Notes: generated from the sequence alone by a model not told the origin. A stretch of DNA of 64,000 nucleotides from Candidatus Enterousia sp. (GCA_045635585.1 JAZTWA010000005.1:13101-77100), one strand, 5' to 3'. Numbered from the stretch's first letter, positions 28,147 through 40,538 are shown. Numbers and translations: made by a program.

Positions 28147-30159
28147 TTAATATCTTTGACCATCTATAGCCATACCAAACTTGAACTGGAATGTTGTATC
28201 ACCAACATAGTCATACTTTATCGCATTATCGTGTCGATATTCAATAGACAAATAATAACATGGATGTGCGTAATAAAATCCACCCGTATGACTTTGAAAA
28301 ACATTATATTCCAGATTATAGATACCGTTCCAGCGCGTTGACCAACGATCAGACAACTTTACACCGACACCAACAACCGCTTCGTTAATATCGGTATTTT
28401 CTGTCAAATCAATTCCCAGATTCTGGGACCATATATGTCCAACATTCAAGAAAGTACCACCACGTCCAATACGTGCAGACGTTTCCATATGACGCAATGC
28501 CAAATCATCTTGATTCAAACGAAAACGTGTCGCAACATTCAACCACTTTGCATTATTATATGAAACACGACCAACATAGTCCGAAAAACCATTATGAAAA
28601 CCACTGTTTAAATCAATCGCAGGTCTTTCTGTAAAATCATATGATTCACCCAAGAAAACTTCAAAAGTTTTTCCATCAGAATTAAACGCAGACCAACGAA
28701 CACCATAATCCGCATATGTACCATTTTCCCATAAATCAAGTCCAGAAAAACGATTATCAGAAAACAATGTAGAATCTGTTAAAATAGATCCCGCAGAATC
28801 ATTATTTAACGCAAACTCTTTGTCATCCATATGACGCATTGCGGTTATACGTACACGTGGTTCAATTATCTGGGTCCAATTATTTGATGGGCGAAATAAT
28901 GGCAATCCCCATTCAAGATAACCACTGGGCAAGAATCTATTTTTTATGCCCGAAAAAACACCACCATCAACCATTGGCGTGTTATTAAAATTGTACAAAT
29001 CATACCGTGCAGATACACTGGCCGTCAGTCTATTTCCGCCCCACAATGTCCATGGTGTTGTTAAACGCATATCCCCAATCATACGCTGGGATGATGTGCC
29101 GTCGCCAGATATCCCCAAAACATCCGCACCAAACGTCGCATATGTTTCGCCAAACAGTGGGGCCGTTTGATGAACCGCACGAATGTTTGGTAAAATATTA
29201 CCATCAGGATTTGCGTGCACGCTGCGACTGTTACGCAATTCCTGGAATATATGCGCATCTGCAACGACATAACTGCTTTGCCCAAACAATTCTATTTTTG
29301 CACCAGAATCTAAATACGGCTGACTGTTATAAAAGCCATACTTTTGCAAATACGTTTTATCTGATGTACGTTCCAAGAAAATTGTCGCACGCGCATATTC
29401 ACCCAAATCAATAACATCGTCATTAAAGATATGCCAACGATTTTCACCCAAACGATTATGTGTAAAAGATCCAGATGTACGATATTCTGAATGCGGAGCA
29501 TTTAATCTATGCTGAATCTGAAACAATGGATTTTCTTGGGTCAAATAAGAAAACGTAAATGTCATGTCGTGCGTTTCTGACAAAGACAAATAAAAAGGTA
29601 TGTTTATTTGAGTACCCATTTTATTCGTGGATCCAAAATCTGGCATCAGAAATCCAGTTTTATATTTAATACTGGGATCAGGCATTTCAAAATAAGGCAA
29701 CCACAATACAGGAATATCATATGTGCGCAATACGGGACTATAAAAATATAGCATACGTTTGTCCATATCATGAACAAGTTTACGCGTCCAAATTTTCCAC
29801 GCATCACCAAATTTATCACACTGGTCACATGCCGTAAATGTCGCACGACGCGCAATTGTCAAATCACCATCACGCGTAATTGAATCAGATTCAACATAGA
29901 CATGACTGCCCAACCACATACGGATTTCAGAACCCGACACTTCGGCACCCTGTTGCGAAATGTATGAATCAACCAGTGTCATACGCTGGCCTGATTTATT
30001 AACAATTTCCGTATTACCGCGTGTTTTTATCGTTTCGGTTTTTATATCATATTCAATTTTATCCGCAGTGATTGTACGCGGTTCGTTCAAATCAATCGAT
30101 GCCGCATATGTTGCAGCATTAATAAATATTATGACAAAGAACAAAATCATTCGTTTCAT
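28147..30159 (-). CDS. lptD: LPS assembly protein LptD
   Basis: ITADKIEY, ATFTAC, WKI, PVLWLPYF, KTGFLMP and beta-barrel C-terminus. Confidence 0.92.
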   Translation of the reverse strand: MKRMILFFVIIFINAATYAASIDLNEPRTITADKIEYDIKTETIKTRGNTEIVNKSGQRMTLVDSYISQQGAEVSGSEIRMWLGSHVYVESDSITRDGDLTIARRATFTACDQCDKFGDAWKIWTRKLVHDMDKRMLYFYSPVLRTYDIPVLWLPYFEMPDPSIKYKTGFLMPDFGSTNKMGTQINIPFYLSLSETHDMTFTFSYLTQENPLFQIQHRLNAPHSEYRTSGSFTHNRLGENRWHIFNDDVIDLGEYARATIFLERTSDKTYLQKYGFYNSQPYLDSGAKIELFGQSSYVVADAHIFQELRNSRSVHANPDGNILPNIRAVHQTAPLFGETYATFGADVLGISGDGTSSQRMIGDMRLTTPWTLWGGNRLTASVSARYDLYNFNNTPMVDGGVFSGIKNRFLPSGYLEWGLPLFRPSNNWTQIIEPRVRITAMRHMDDKEFALNNDSAGSILTDSTLFSDNRFSGLDLWENGTYADYGVRWSAFNSDGKTFEVFLGESYDFTERPAIDLNSGFHNGFSDYVGRVSYNNAKWLNVATRFRLNQDDLALRHMETSARIGRGGTFLNVGHIWSQNLGIDLTENTDINEAVVGVGVKLSDRWSTRWNGIYNLEYNVFQSHTGGFYYAHPCYYLSIEYRHDNAIKYDYVGDTTFQFKFGMAIDGQRY

Positions 30160-31214
30160 TTCTTGGACAATATGGTAAATATTACAACAAACAGCCCCAG
30201 CACACCAAATGCCAAAAGCCCCAAATCAGTCAAACTGCTAATCATATTTGATACCGCCATAAACATCGCCATAACACCCGCCATGGCCGCAACTGCAACC
30301 ATTGGCGCAAAGCTGGTCCGGCGACGCAACAGTGATGAACGCAACAAAATTGTTGCGCACAACAATGCCAATATCAGATTCATGCATGGACTGATAAAAC
30401 GATTGGACATTTCGTTTAATATCATCTTGTGTTGCTTTTTTGTATCGGCATCAAATGCAATCTTTATCAAATCCATTGTTGGCACACGACGAACACGAAA
30501 GGAATTATTTCCTTCTTTATCAACGACATTTAAATCCATATCAAATGTATCAAACGTACCCGTTACCATACGTTCACCATTTGACTGTAACGAACCATTA
30601 TTCATAACCAATGACAAACCACGCATTGTCGAAACCAGTTTTCCACGTTCTGCAAATATTGTATTTGTATTATTTTCATCACGCATATCAGACAACATAA
30701 CCTGGGACAAGTCGTGTCCAGACACACCTTCGACATAGACAACCAAGCCGTCTGATATTTCAGTAAATGCACCTTCGTGTAATTTCATGTGCGCCATACC
30801 ATATTGCAGGTTCCATTGGGTATCATAAAACATTGATTGTGAACGCGGAACAATCCAGACATTTAAAATCAGGTTTAATACTGTTAATACAATACCCAAT
30901 TTTATCGCAGGACGCGCAATTTGACGCGGAGATAAACCAGACGCCGCCATAACCGTTATTTCATTATCTGCAATTAATTTATTATAAACAAATATTACCG
31001 CAATAAAGCATACAAAAGGGATAATAATTGACGCGATAAAAGGTATCATCAACGCGGTCAACCCCAAAAAACTGCCCAAATCGACGCCATATTTTAACAG
31101 AAACTTCATCATGGACATGATTTGCATCATCCATGCCAACCCCGTCAGAACCAGCAGCAACATAATAAAAATTGCCACCAATTGTCGTGAAAAATATCTG
31201 TTTAAAATCTTCAT
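30156..31214 (-). CDS. lptF: LPS export ABC permease, LptF/LptG family
   Basis: ILNRYF, DNEITVMAASGLSP and GAFTEI; six-TM topology. Start refined to ATG 31214. Confidence 0.88.
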   Translation of the reverse strand: MKILNRYFSRQLVAIFIMLLLVLTGLAWMMQIMSMMKFLLKYGVDLGSFLGLTALMIPFIASIIIPFVCFIAVIFVYNKLIADNEITVMAASGLSPRQIARPAIKLGIVLTVLNLILNVWIVPRSQSMFYDTQWNLQYGMAHMKLHEGAFTEISDGLVVYVEGVSGHDLSQVMLSDMRDENNTNTIFAERGKLVSTMRGLSLVMNNGSLQSNGERMVTGTFDTFDMDLNVVDKEGNNSFRVRRVPTMDLIKIAFDADTKKQHKMILNEMSNRFISPCMNLILALLCATILLRSSLLRRRTSFAPMVAVAAMAGVMAMFMAVSNMISSLTDLGLLAFGVLGLFVVIFTILSKK

Positions 31215-31221
31215 ACCACGC

Positions 31222-31250
31222 AGTATAAAGCATAACTTTTCAGTTTTCAA
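31222..31250 (-). promoter_or_regulatory. Putative sigma70 promoter (leaderless lptF)
   Basis: TTGAAA-17-TATACT, then 7 nt to ATG. No SD. Confidence 0.65.
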
Positions 31251-31274
31251 GGCATAGATAGGAAATCAGATATT

Positions 31275-31301
31275 AAAAATCCCCCATTTGGGGGATTGTT
31301 T
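31275..31301 (-). terminator. Intrinsic terminator, ATCCCC family
   Basis: aatccccc-attt-gggggatt. Confidence 0.75.
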
Positions 31302-31303
31302 AA

Positions 31304-33511
31304 TTATTTTTTCGTACCGCCTTTTTGTGCACTGTCTTTTGTCCATGAACGGATGTTATAATTATCAGCACCGTCATCTGATTGGCCCCAATTTCCTTTG
31401 GACGCGCTCATATCTATTCCCATGGCTTGGCGCAGACAGTATTCACGCAACTGTGCAGAATCTTTGGTTATATTATCACCATATTCTGGGGTAAAATTCT
31501 CCAAACTTTCTACATATGCACCGTTCAAGATTTCATTTAACGTTACAACGTTACGGCATGTATTTGTTGTATAATCTCGGCTGTTTGTGCAAGAAGCAGC
31601 GTCCGCTTTGTCGATAACCGCATTAAACCCGGCACCAAATGGGATACAAATCATTTCTTCGTAACAGTGTGGAATATTTGAAATCTGGGCACAATATGTT
31701 TTTATGCGCGCAGTTGGCCAATCTTCATCTTCCTGATCTTCATAGCAATCCAGAATTTCTGTTAAACATTCATTAAGGTTTGTTCCCGCCGTCTGGGCCG
31801 CATTCAATATTGATTCTGCTTCGGCCTGGGCAAAATCAAGACGCTTTTGCTGTAATGCCTGTTGTGCCGCAACCTTTTGATAACCGATGTTTTGTGCGGT
31901 TGCACGCAACTGTTCACCATACGCATCACAGTCCGCATTCGCATCCAATGCATATTTCTGCATAATGCTGCGACGTGCATCGGCAACCGGTGTACGCAAA
32001 TTAGAATATGGGTCACCAGATGTTGAATTATAACCAAAGCATGCCGCAGAATTTGATGCCGAATAACTGCTGTTTGCTTTGACAAAATCTAATTCATACG
32101 AACCGGTATTATTTACAGTTATATGACTGTTGTAATTAAATGGACATTGGGACGCACCATTGCTGCACTTGGTGCCAGATGGTGGGGTTCCGCATGCCTC
32201 ATAAATACCGTTAAAGCATGAATCCAAAACACGTGCACAAACATTGTTATGCGCATATTCAAACAATTCATAGCCCCACGTTTCCGCCAATGAATCTTTG
32301 GTTTCTTCCGCACTGTTCAATGCGCCACCGATACCAGACATTCCGTTAACAACACTGGACAAGTTATCAAAGGCAGATGACAAACTGTTGTTATCGTCGG
32401 TCAGGATTGTAATCGTGCTTTCTTTTGCCTTGGCCCATGATTGTAAAGACGCCAAAATATCCGAACCATTACCATCTATATCATCAATATCAAACCCGAA
32501 ATCATTGCCACCTTTATCATCTGTACAATATTTTGGCTTAGTACAGGATGTAACCTCACCGCTGCCATCTTCTTTATAAATACCATGATTCGAACACCAT
32601 TCAATTGCTTCTTCTGAAGACGTCCCATATTCATTAGTCACATCTTGCCATGAAACACAATTCAAGACCTTTTCGGCGTCGGTTAATTTGAACGCTTCGG
32701 ATATATCTTTACCATTGCTGGCCACCAATAATGCCAATTCACCAGAAACCTTAATCAATTCTTCGTTGGCGGTTTCTAATGCGGCCTGCGCCTCTGCAAA
32801 GGCGCGAACACGACCCGCACATGCACAACGACGTTGGGCCGCATTACGTGCCGTACAAATTTCGTCCATACATGTATAATATGATTCCATACAATTACTG
32901 AACGCTTCTGATGAAATCAGGCCAGTTGTTGAATCAATAATATTTGAATAATTACCTGTGTACAGTTTGCTGGTCAAATATGAATATGTTGATGATGTTG
33001 TTCCCGACGCCTTGGCACCGCGTATCGCACTGCCCTGTAATGAAATGCGCGCGTTATTTGCCGCATCAGTTGTTGCAGTACGCGCACGCACCGTACGTCT
33101 TTGATTTGCCTGGGCGCGATTTGTTGCCGCCGTCTGACGCGATACAACATTACGCTTTGTCGTGGCATTGGCACGTGATGTCGCCGCACCCGTTGCACGA
33201 TTTGTTGCCGCACGCGAAACAACCGTACGTGATGCCGCACCAGTTATTGCCCCCCTATCCGCAACAGCAGTACGCGCAACCGCACGACGTGATGTTGTGG
33301 CGGTGTTACGTGGACTAACCCGGCCAGATGTGCGCGCATTTGCACGACCAGATTGTGGCCCAACAATCATATTTGAATCCATCGGCGCAATTGGGTCCGC
33401 GAATACAGAACGTATCGACAAAAATGTCGAACATACAAAAAATGCCCCCGCCAGCAAAAACACCGTACCCATGGCATTTTTCAAGGAATCTGTTATTTTT
33501 TTATCAGCCAT
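31304..33511 (-). CDS. Exported cysteine-rich protein (735 aa) with R/A/T-rich N-terminal arm
   Basis: Signal/anchor helix, about 100 aa of low-complexity basic sequence, and 24 Cys by my count including C-x6-C-x4-C. SD AGGAG. Confidence 0.85.
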   Translation of the reverse strand: MADKKITDSLKNAMGTVFLLAGAFFVCSTFLSIRSVFADPIAPMDSNMIVGPQSGRANARTSGRVSPRNTATTSRRAVARTAVADRGAITGAASRTVVSRAATNRATGAATSRANATTKRNVVSRQTAATNRAQANQRRTVRARTATTDAANNARISLQGSAIRGAKASGTTSSTYSYLTSKLYTGNYSNIIDSTTGLISSEAFSNCMESYYTCMDEICTARNAAQRRCACAGRVRAFAEAQAALETANEELIKVSGELALLVASNGKDISEAFKLTDAEKVLNCVSWQDVTNEYGTSSEEAIEWCSNHGIYKEDGSGEVTSCTKPKYCTDDKGGNDFGFDIDDIDGNGSDILASLQSWAKAKESTITILTDDNNSLSSAFDNLSSVVNGMSGIGGALNSAEETKDSLAETWGYELFEYAHNNVCARVLDSCFNGIYEACGTPPSGTKCSNGASQCPFNYNSHITVNNTGSYELDFVKANSSYSASNSAACFGYNSTSGDPYSNLRTPVADARRSIMQKYALDANADCDAYGEQLRATAQNIGYQKVAAQQALQQKRLDFAQAEAESILNAAQTAGTNLNECLTEILDCYEDQEDEDWPTARIKTYCAQISNIPHCYEEMICIPFGAGFNAVIDKADAASCTNSRDYTTNTCRNVVTLNEILNGAYVESLENFTPEYGDNITKDSAQLREYCLRQAMGIDMSASKGNWGQSDDGADNYNIRSWTKDSAQKGGTKK

Positions 33512-33671
33512 AAAATTTCTCCTTGTGTTCTGGATTTTCCCAGAATCCCAACCTTTCTATGATTTTACACCATGCATGACGCATGTTATTTATGTTTTAT
33601 TATAACAATTTTTTTCAATTCTGTAAACAATTTAGTAACAAAAAACAAATCGATTTGGGAATTGTTTCATA

Positions 33672-33700
33672 TAGATATAACGATATTAAAAACATATAAT
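33672..33700 (+). promoter_or_regulatory. Putative promoter (leaderless pagL)
   Basis: TAGATA-17-TATAAT, then 7 nt to ATG 33708. Confidence 0.55.
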
Positions 33701-33707
33701 TTTATTT

Positions 33708-34265
33708 ATGAAATTTCTTGCCATATTTTTGCCGATAATTTTATTACCAGTCTTCGCACATTCAACACAAAATCCAATGTTTGCATATGGCACACAAAAC
33801 AGCATTATGATAAGCGTCGCACAAAGTACCGGCCAGGGCAATCTGGGCAAACTGGTTGCACCATGGGAATGGGACATGACACCTGCAACCATAACAATGA
33901 TACAATACAGCCAACCAATAACAATTCTGCGATTACCCGCACGTATAAATATATCTGGGGGACAAAATTTTGCATACCACAGCATGGACGGCACATCTTT
34001 TGGCGCAATCGGTGTTTCATGGGATATATTATTGGCCGCACGCGCAGGGTTTTATTTTGGTATCGGCATCGGACCATATATGCGCGACAGTGGCGACAAA
34101 TACGTCAAAAGCCGATTGGTTTTTGGCGAAAAACTTTTTATCGGGAAAAATATTACAAACAAAATTCGTGCAGAATTTTTTACACTGCATTTTTCAAACG
34201 GCGATTTTACAAATCCAAATCATGGCTTTAACTTTACGGGTCTTGGGATAAATTATAGTTTTTAA
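33708..34265 (+). CDS. pagL: Acyloxyacyl hydrolase / lipid A 3-O-deacylase (PagL family)
   Basis: Signal peptide, small beta-barrel, catalytic LHFSNG...PNHGFN, C-terminal ...INYSF. Confidence 0.8.
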   Translation: MKFLAIFLPIILLPVFAHSTQNPMFAYGTQNSIMISVAQSTGQGNLGKLVAPWEWDMTPATITMIQYSQPITILRLPARINISGGQNFAYHSMDGTSFGAIGVSWDILLAARAGFYFGIGIGPYMRDSGDKYVKSRLVFGEKLFIGKNITNKIRAEFFTLHFSNGDFTNPNHGFNFTGLGINYSF

Positions 34266-34266
34266 T

Positions 34267-34299
34267 AAAAATCCCCCAAAAACGGGGGATTTTTATTTT
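34267..34299. terminator. Bidirectional terminator, ATCCCC family
   Basis: aaaaatccccc-aaaaac-gggggattttt between convergent pagL and ppdK. Confidence 0.85.
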
Positions 34300-34306
34300 A
34301 TGTTCA

Positions 34307-36967
<2,661 letters not shown>

Positions 36968-37031
36968 GGCTTCTCCTTTGTAGAATAAAAAATGCGAAAG
37001 GATTGTGGGGCATGATACGCATAATTGCAAG

Positions 37032-37060
37032 AAAAAAATCGGTTAAAAAACCGATTTTTT
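37032..37060 (-). terminator. Intrinsic terminator
   Basis: aaaaaaatcgg-ttaaaaaa-ccgatttttt at the end of the phosphate acyltransferase gene. Confidence 0.7.
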
Positions 37061-37952
37061 ACATAGAACACGCACAACATATCGAAAACAGTTTAGATAT
37101 ATCCGAATCTGAACGCGAATTTATAACAATTGGCGCACGCGCCCCAACAATAATTCCACCAAATATCCAATCACCAAACTGGACCATTGATTTGATTGTA
37201 TTGTTGCCCGCTTCGATATTATCAAACAACAAAATATCTGCATCGCCCGCAATTGGACCCGTTACACCCTTGGCCGCAGCTGCATCGCGCGATACCGCAA
37301 TATCAAACGCAATTGGACCAGATACGATACAATCAGAAATTTCACCACGAATATTCATTTCATGTAACGATGCCGCATCAACTGTTGCCTGCATCGCAGG
37401 GTTTAATGTTTCAACCGCACAAAGTGGTGCAACACGTGGATTTTCACACCCCATTTTTCGCGCAAATGAAACCGCATTATTAATTAACTGGATTTTTTTA
37501 TCTATATCAGGATACATTACCATCGCAATATCTGTTAAAAACAAACGTCTGTTACGTGATGGTGAATACATTACAGAAACATGCGACAAAATTCCATCGC
37601 CACGAATACCTGTGTCACGATTTAATACCGCGCGTAAAATATCTGCGGTATGAATTAAACCCTTCATCAGAATATCTGCACGATGAGTCCGAACCAATTC
37701 AACCGCCTTTGTTGCCGCAGAAAGTTCTGAATCACAATCAATTATTTCAAATTCTGAAATATCGATATTATTTTTTTCTGCAACTAATTTTATTTCATGT
37801 GCATCACCGCACAATATCGCACGTGCAAAACCCAATTTATATGCTTCAACCAATGAACGCAAACCATAAACATCAATCGCATTTGCAACCGCAACAGTAC
37901 GCATTTGTGAAGGCCGAATTGACATTAATAATTTTTTGAAATCAGTATTCAT
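37059..37952 (-). CDS. Phosphate butyryl/acetyltransferase (PTA_PTB family)
   Basis: ADILMKG, LFLTD, SGPIAFDIA, GDADILLFDNIEAGN and SRSDS. Start refined to MNTDF (37952). Confidence 0.9.
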   Translation of the reverse strand: MNTDFKKLLMSIRPSQMRTVAVANAIDVYGLRSLVEAYKLGFARAILCGDAHEIKLVAEKNNIDISEFEIIDCDSELSAATKAVELVRTHRADILMKGLIHTADILRAVLNRDTGIRGDGILSHVSVMYSPSRNRRLFLTDIAMVMYPDIDKKIQLINNAVSFARKMGCENPRVAPLCAVETLNPAMQATVDAASLHEMNIRGEISDCIVSGPIAFDIAVSRDAAAAKGVTGPIAGDADILLFDNIEAGNNTIKSMVQFGDWIFGGIIVGARAPIVINSRSDSDISKLFSICCACSM

Positions 37953-37961
37953 AAAATAAAC

Positions 37962-37981
37962 CCCTTGTCCGGCGACAAGGG
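37962..37981 (-). promoter_or_regulatory. Hairpin (ybaB terminator-like) overlapping the downstream SD
   Basis: CCCTTGTC-GCCG-GACAAGGG followed by GTTTATTTT-ATG on the minus strand. Confidence 0.55.
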
Positions 37982-38016
37982 TAAAATATTTTTTTATAAC
38001 AACGCAAGTTATTTTA

Positions 38017-38313
38017 TTATGGCAATGGTATGCCAGCAGTTGCCGCACCCATTACATTATCAATAACAACATCCGCTTTGGCCTTGGCATCACGATATGC
38101 AGACAAAACCGCATCAGCAACAGCATCAGCACCACGTGACAAAACATCAGGATTAATAACGACCTTTGACACCTCGTATTTTCCGGTCATATCAACAATG
38201 CATGCACCATTTTCTGCAACACCTTTGACCATTGTCTGGGCCAATTGTTCTTGGGCAGCATTTACCTTGTTTTGTAATTCGGCGGCTTGGGCCATTAATG
38301 TTTCCATATCCAT
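38017..38313 (-). CDS. ybaB: YbaB/EbfC nucleoid-associated protein
   Basis: LMAQAAELQ...VKG..G...V.MTG...V..NP..L, and a GIPLP C-terminus. Confidence 0.9.
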   Translation of the reverse strand: MDMETLMAQAAELQNKVNAAQEQLAQTMVKGVAENGACIVDMTGKYEVSKVVINPDVLSRGADAVADAVLSAYRDAKAKADVVIDNVMGAATAGIPLP

Positions 38314-38340
38314 TTTATAATCTCTCCTGTATATAAATGT

Positions 38341-38362
38341 GTGCGCCCCATGCGGGGCGCAT
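38341..38362 (-). terminator. Hairpin after pnp
   Basis: gtgcgcccc-atgc-ggggcgcat. Confidence 0.6.
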
Positions 38363-38369
38363 ACTTGTT

Positions 38370-40538
38370 TTATTTTTTTATTTCTTCACCTGTTTTTTGA
38401 TCAATGCCAACCATTGACATACGTGTTTTGCCACGCTTATCCGCACCCAAATAACGGACATAAACAGTATCGCCTTCTTTGATTTTTGTATCTTCGATTT
38501 TTGCGATACGTTCACCGGTGATTTCAGAAATATGTACCATGGCTTCGAATCCGTTCATAATTTTTACGAACAAACCAAAGTCTTTCATACCAGATACAGT
38601 ACCTTTATAAATTTGGCCAACTTCTGGTTCGGCAACAATTTCTTTGATTCGTGCAATTGCATTATCTGCATCTTCCTTGCTGACCGCCATGATTTTTACA
38701 GTGCCATCATCTTCCAAATCAATAATCGTGTTTGTTTCACGAACCAATGCCTGAATCACGACACCACCTTTGCCGATAACATCACGAACCTTGTCTGGAT
38801 TGATTTTCATTGTATATGCCTGTGGCGCATATTCAGAAACCGTTGCACGTGGCTTTTTGATTGCTTTTTCAATCTTGCCCAAAATGTGCATACGACCGTC
38901 TTTGGCCTGGGCCAAGGCGCGTTCCATGATTTCAAATGTGATAGACGTGATTTTAATATCCATCTGCAATGCCGTAACACCTTGGTCTGTACCAGTTACT
39001 TTAAAGTCCATATCACCCAAGTGATCTTCGTCGCCCAAAATGTCTGTCAAAATCGCATAATCATCGCCTTCTTTAATCAGACCCATCGCAATACCAGCAA
39101 CCGGACGTTTCATTGGAACACCACCGTCCATCATTGCCAATGTCGCACCACATGTGGTCGCCATGGAAGATGAACCATTTGATTCCAAGATATCTGATAC
39201 GATACGGATTACATAATCAAATTCACTGCGTGTTGGAACCATTGGATGAACCGCGCGCCATGCCAGATTACCATGACCAATTTCACGACGACCAGGTGAT
39301 TTTAAGCCTTTGCATTCGCCAACAGAATAACCTGGCAAATTATAGTTCAGGATAAAGTCGCGTTCTTCGGCGCCGTCCAAAGATTCAATTGGTAACGCAT
39401 CTTTGCCACCGCCCAATGTCAATGATACCAAAGCCTGGGTTTCACCGCGTGTAAATAACGCAGAACCATGTGCACGTGGCAATACACCCAATTCAATTTC
39501 AATTGGACGAACCGTTTTGTTATCACGACCATCAATACGTGGTTTGCCCGCCAAGATATTACCACGCATAATACGTGCAGTCAGATTTTCAATAACTTCA
39601 TCTGCCCATGATTCCAATGTTGATGTTGCACGTTCGGATTCTGGGAACAATTCTGGTATGCGTGCCTTGGCCGCAGCGTGAATTGATGCCAATGTTTCCA
39701 AACGAACCAATTTTTCTTTGATTTGCAACGCATCTTCGATTTGTGTTGCAAATTGTTCAAAATCTGATTCCATCAGAACCTGTTCTGATGTTTTTTCAGG
39801 TGTTGCCCAACGTTCTTTACCAGCCTTTTCTGCCAATTCGTTGATCGCCGCAATAACAGATTGTTGTGCATCAAAACCAAATTTTACCGCACCCAATACA
39901 GTTGCTTCGTCCAATTCACCAATTTCAGATTCAACCATCAATACACCATCTTTGGTCGCAGCAACAACCAAATCCATTTCGGATTCTTCGACAGCTTTTT
40001 TCGATGGATTCAAAATATATTTACCATCTGCATAACCGACACGCGCTGCACCAATTGGACCTTGGAATGGAACACCACTTAACGCCAATGCAGCAGACGA
40101 TGCAATCATTGCCAAGATATCAGGCTGATTCTTTTTATCGTATGAAAAAACCTGGGCAATAATTTGAACTTTGTTTTTAAATGTTTCAGGAAACAATGGA
40201 CGAATTGGACGGTCAATCAAACGTGCAGTTAATGTTTCAGCAGTTGATGCCTTGCCTTCGCGTCTATCACGTGAACCAGGAATACGTCCCGCAGATGCAA
40301 ATTTTTCTTGGTAATCAACCGTCAAAGGGAAAAAATCTTGACCTTCGACCGCAGATTTTTCGGCACATACCGTTGCCAAAACCATTGTATCACCCATCGT
40401 TGCCAAAACGGAACCGTTTGCCTGTTTCGCCATGCGACCTGTTTCCAAACGCAACGTTGTGTCACCGTATGGAATTTCAACAACAACAGGATTATTTAAT
40501 TTAGCATCTTTGTCTTTCTTAAATAAACCAAATACCAT
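38370..40538 (-). CDS. pnp: Polyribonucleotide nucleotidyltransferase
   Basis: FFPLTVDYQE, RLIDRPIRPLFP, RREIGHG, SNGSSSMA, LGDMDFKV, plus KH and S1 domains. Start at ATG 40538 after SD GGAG. Confidence 0.98.
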   Translation of the reverse strand: MVFGLFKKDKDAKLNNPVVVEIPYGDTTLRLETGRMAKQANGSVLATMGDTMVLATVCAEKSAVEGQDFFPLTVDYQEKFASAGRIPGSRDRREGKASTAETLTARLIDRPIRPLFPETFKNKVQIIAQVFSYDKKNQPDILAMIASSAALALSGVPFQGPIGAARVGYADGKYILNPSKKAVEESEMDLVVAATKDGVLMVESEIGELDEATVLGAVKFGFDAQQSVIAAINELAEKAGKERWATPEKTSEQVLMESDFEQFATQIEDALQIKEKLVRLETLASIHAAAKARIPELFPESERATSTLESWADEVIENLTARIMRGNILAGKPRIDGRDNKTVRPIEIELGVLPRAHGSALFTRGETQALVSLTLGGGKDALPIESLDGAEERDFILNYNLPGYSVGECKGLKSPGRREIGHGNLAWRAVHPMVPTRSEFDYVIRIVSDILESNGSSSMATTCGATLAMMDGGVPMKRPVAGIAMGLIKEGDDYAILTDILGDEDHLGDMDFKVTGTDQGVTALQMDIKITSITFEIMERALAQAKDGRMHILGKIEKAIKKPRATVSEYAPQAYTMKINPDKVRDVIGKGGVVIQALVRETNTIIDLEDDGTVKIMAVSKEDADNAIARIKEIVAEPEVGQIYKGTVSGMKDFGLFVKIMNGFEAMVHISEITGERIAKIEDTKIKEGDTVYVRYLGADKRGKTRMSMVGIDQKTGEEIKK

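Noticed and set aside
33512-33707. ncRNA or riboswitch in the gap before pagL
   Set aside because: It contains only short hairpins (TTCTGG/CCAGAA, CATGC/GCATG) and promoter-like AT-rich sequence, with no recognisable RNA family.
33572-34231. 219-aa ORF overlapping pagL in another frame
   Set aside because: The pagL frame has a signal peptide, catalytic motif and terminal Phe; this frame has none of these.
37003-37653. 216-aa plus-strand ORF
   Set aside because: Antisense shadow of the phosphate acyltransferase.
38532-39173. 213-aa plus-strand ORF
   Set aside because: Antisense shadow of pnp.
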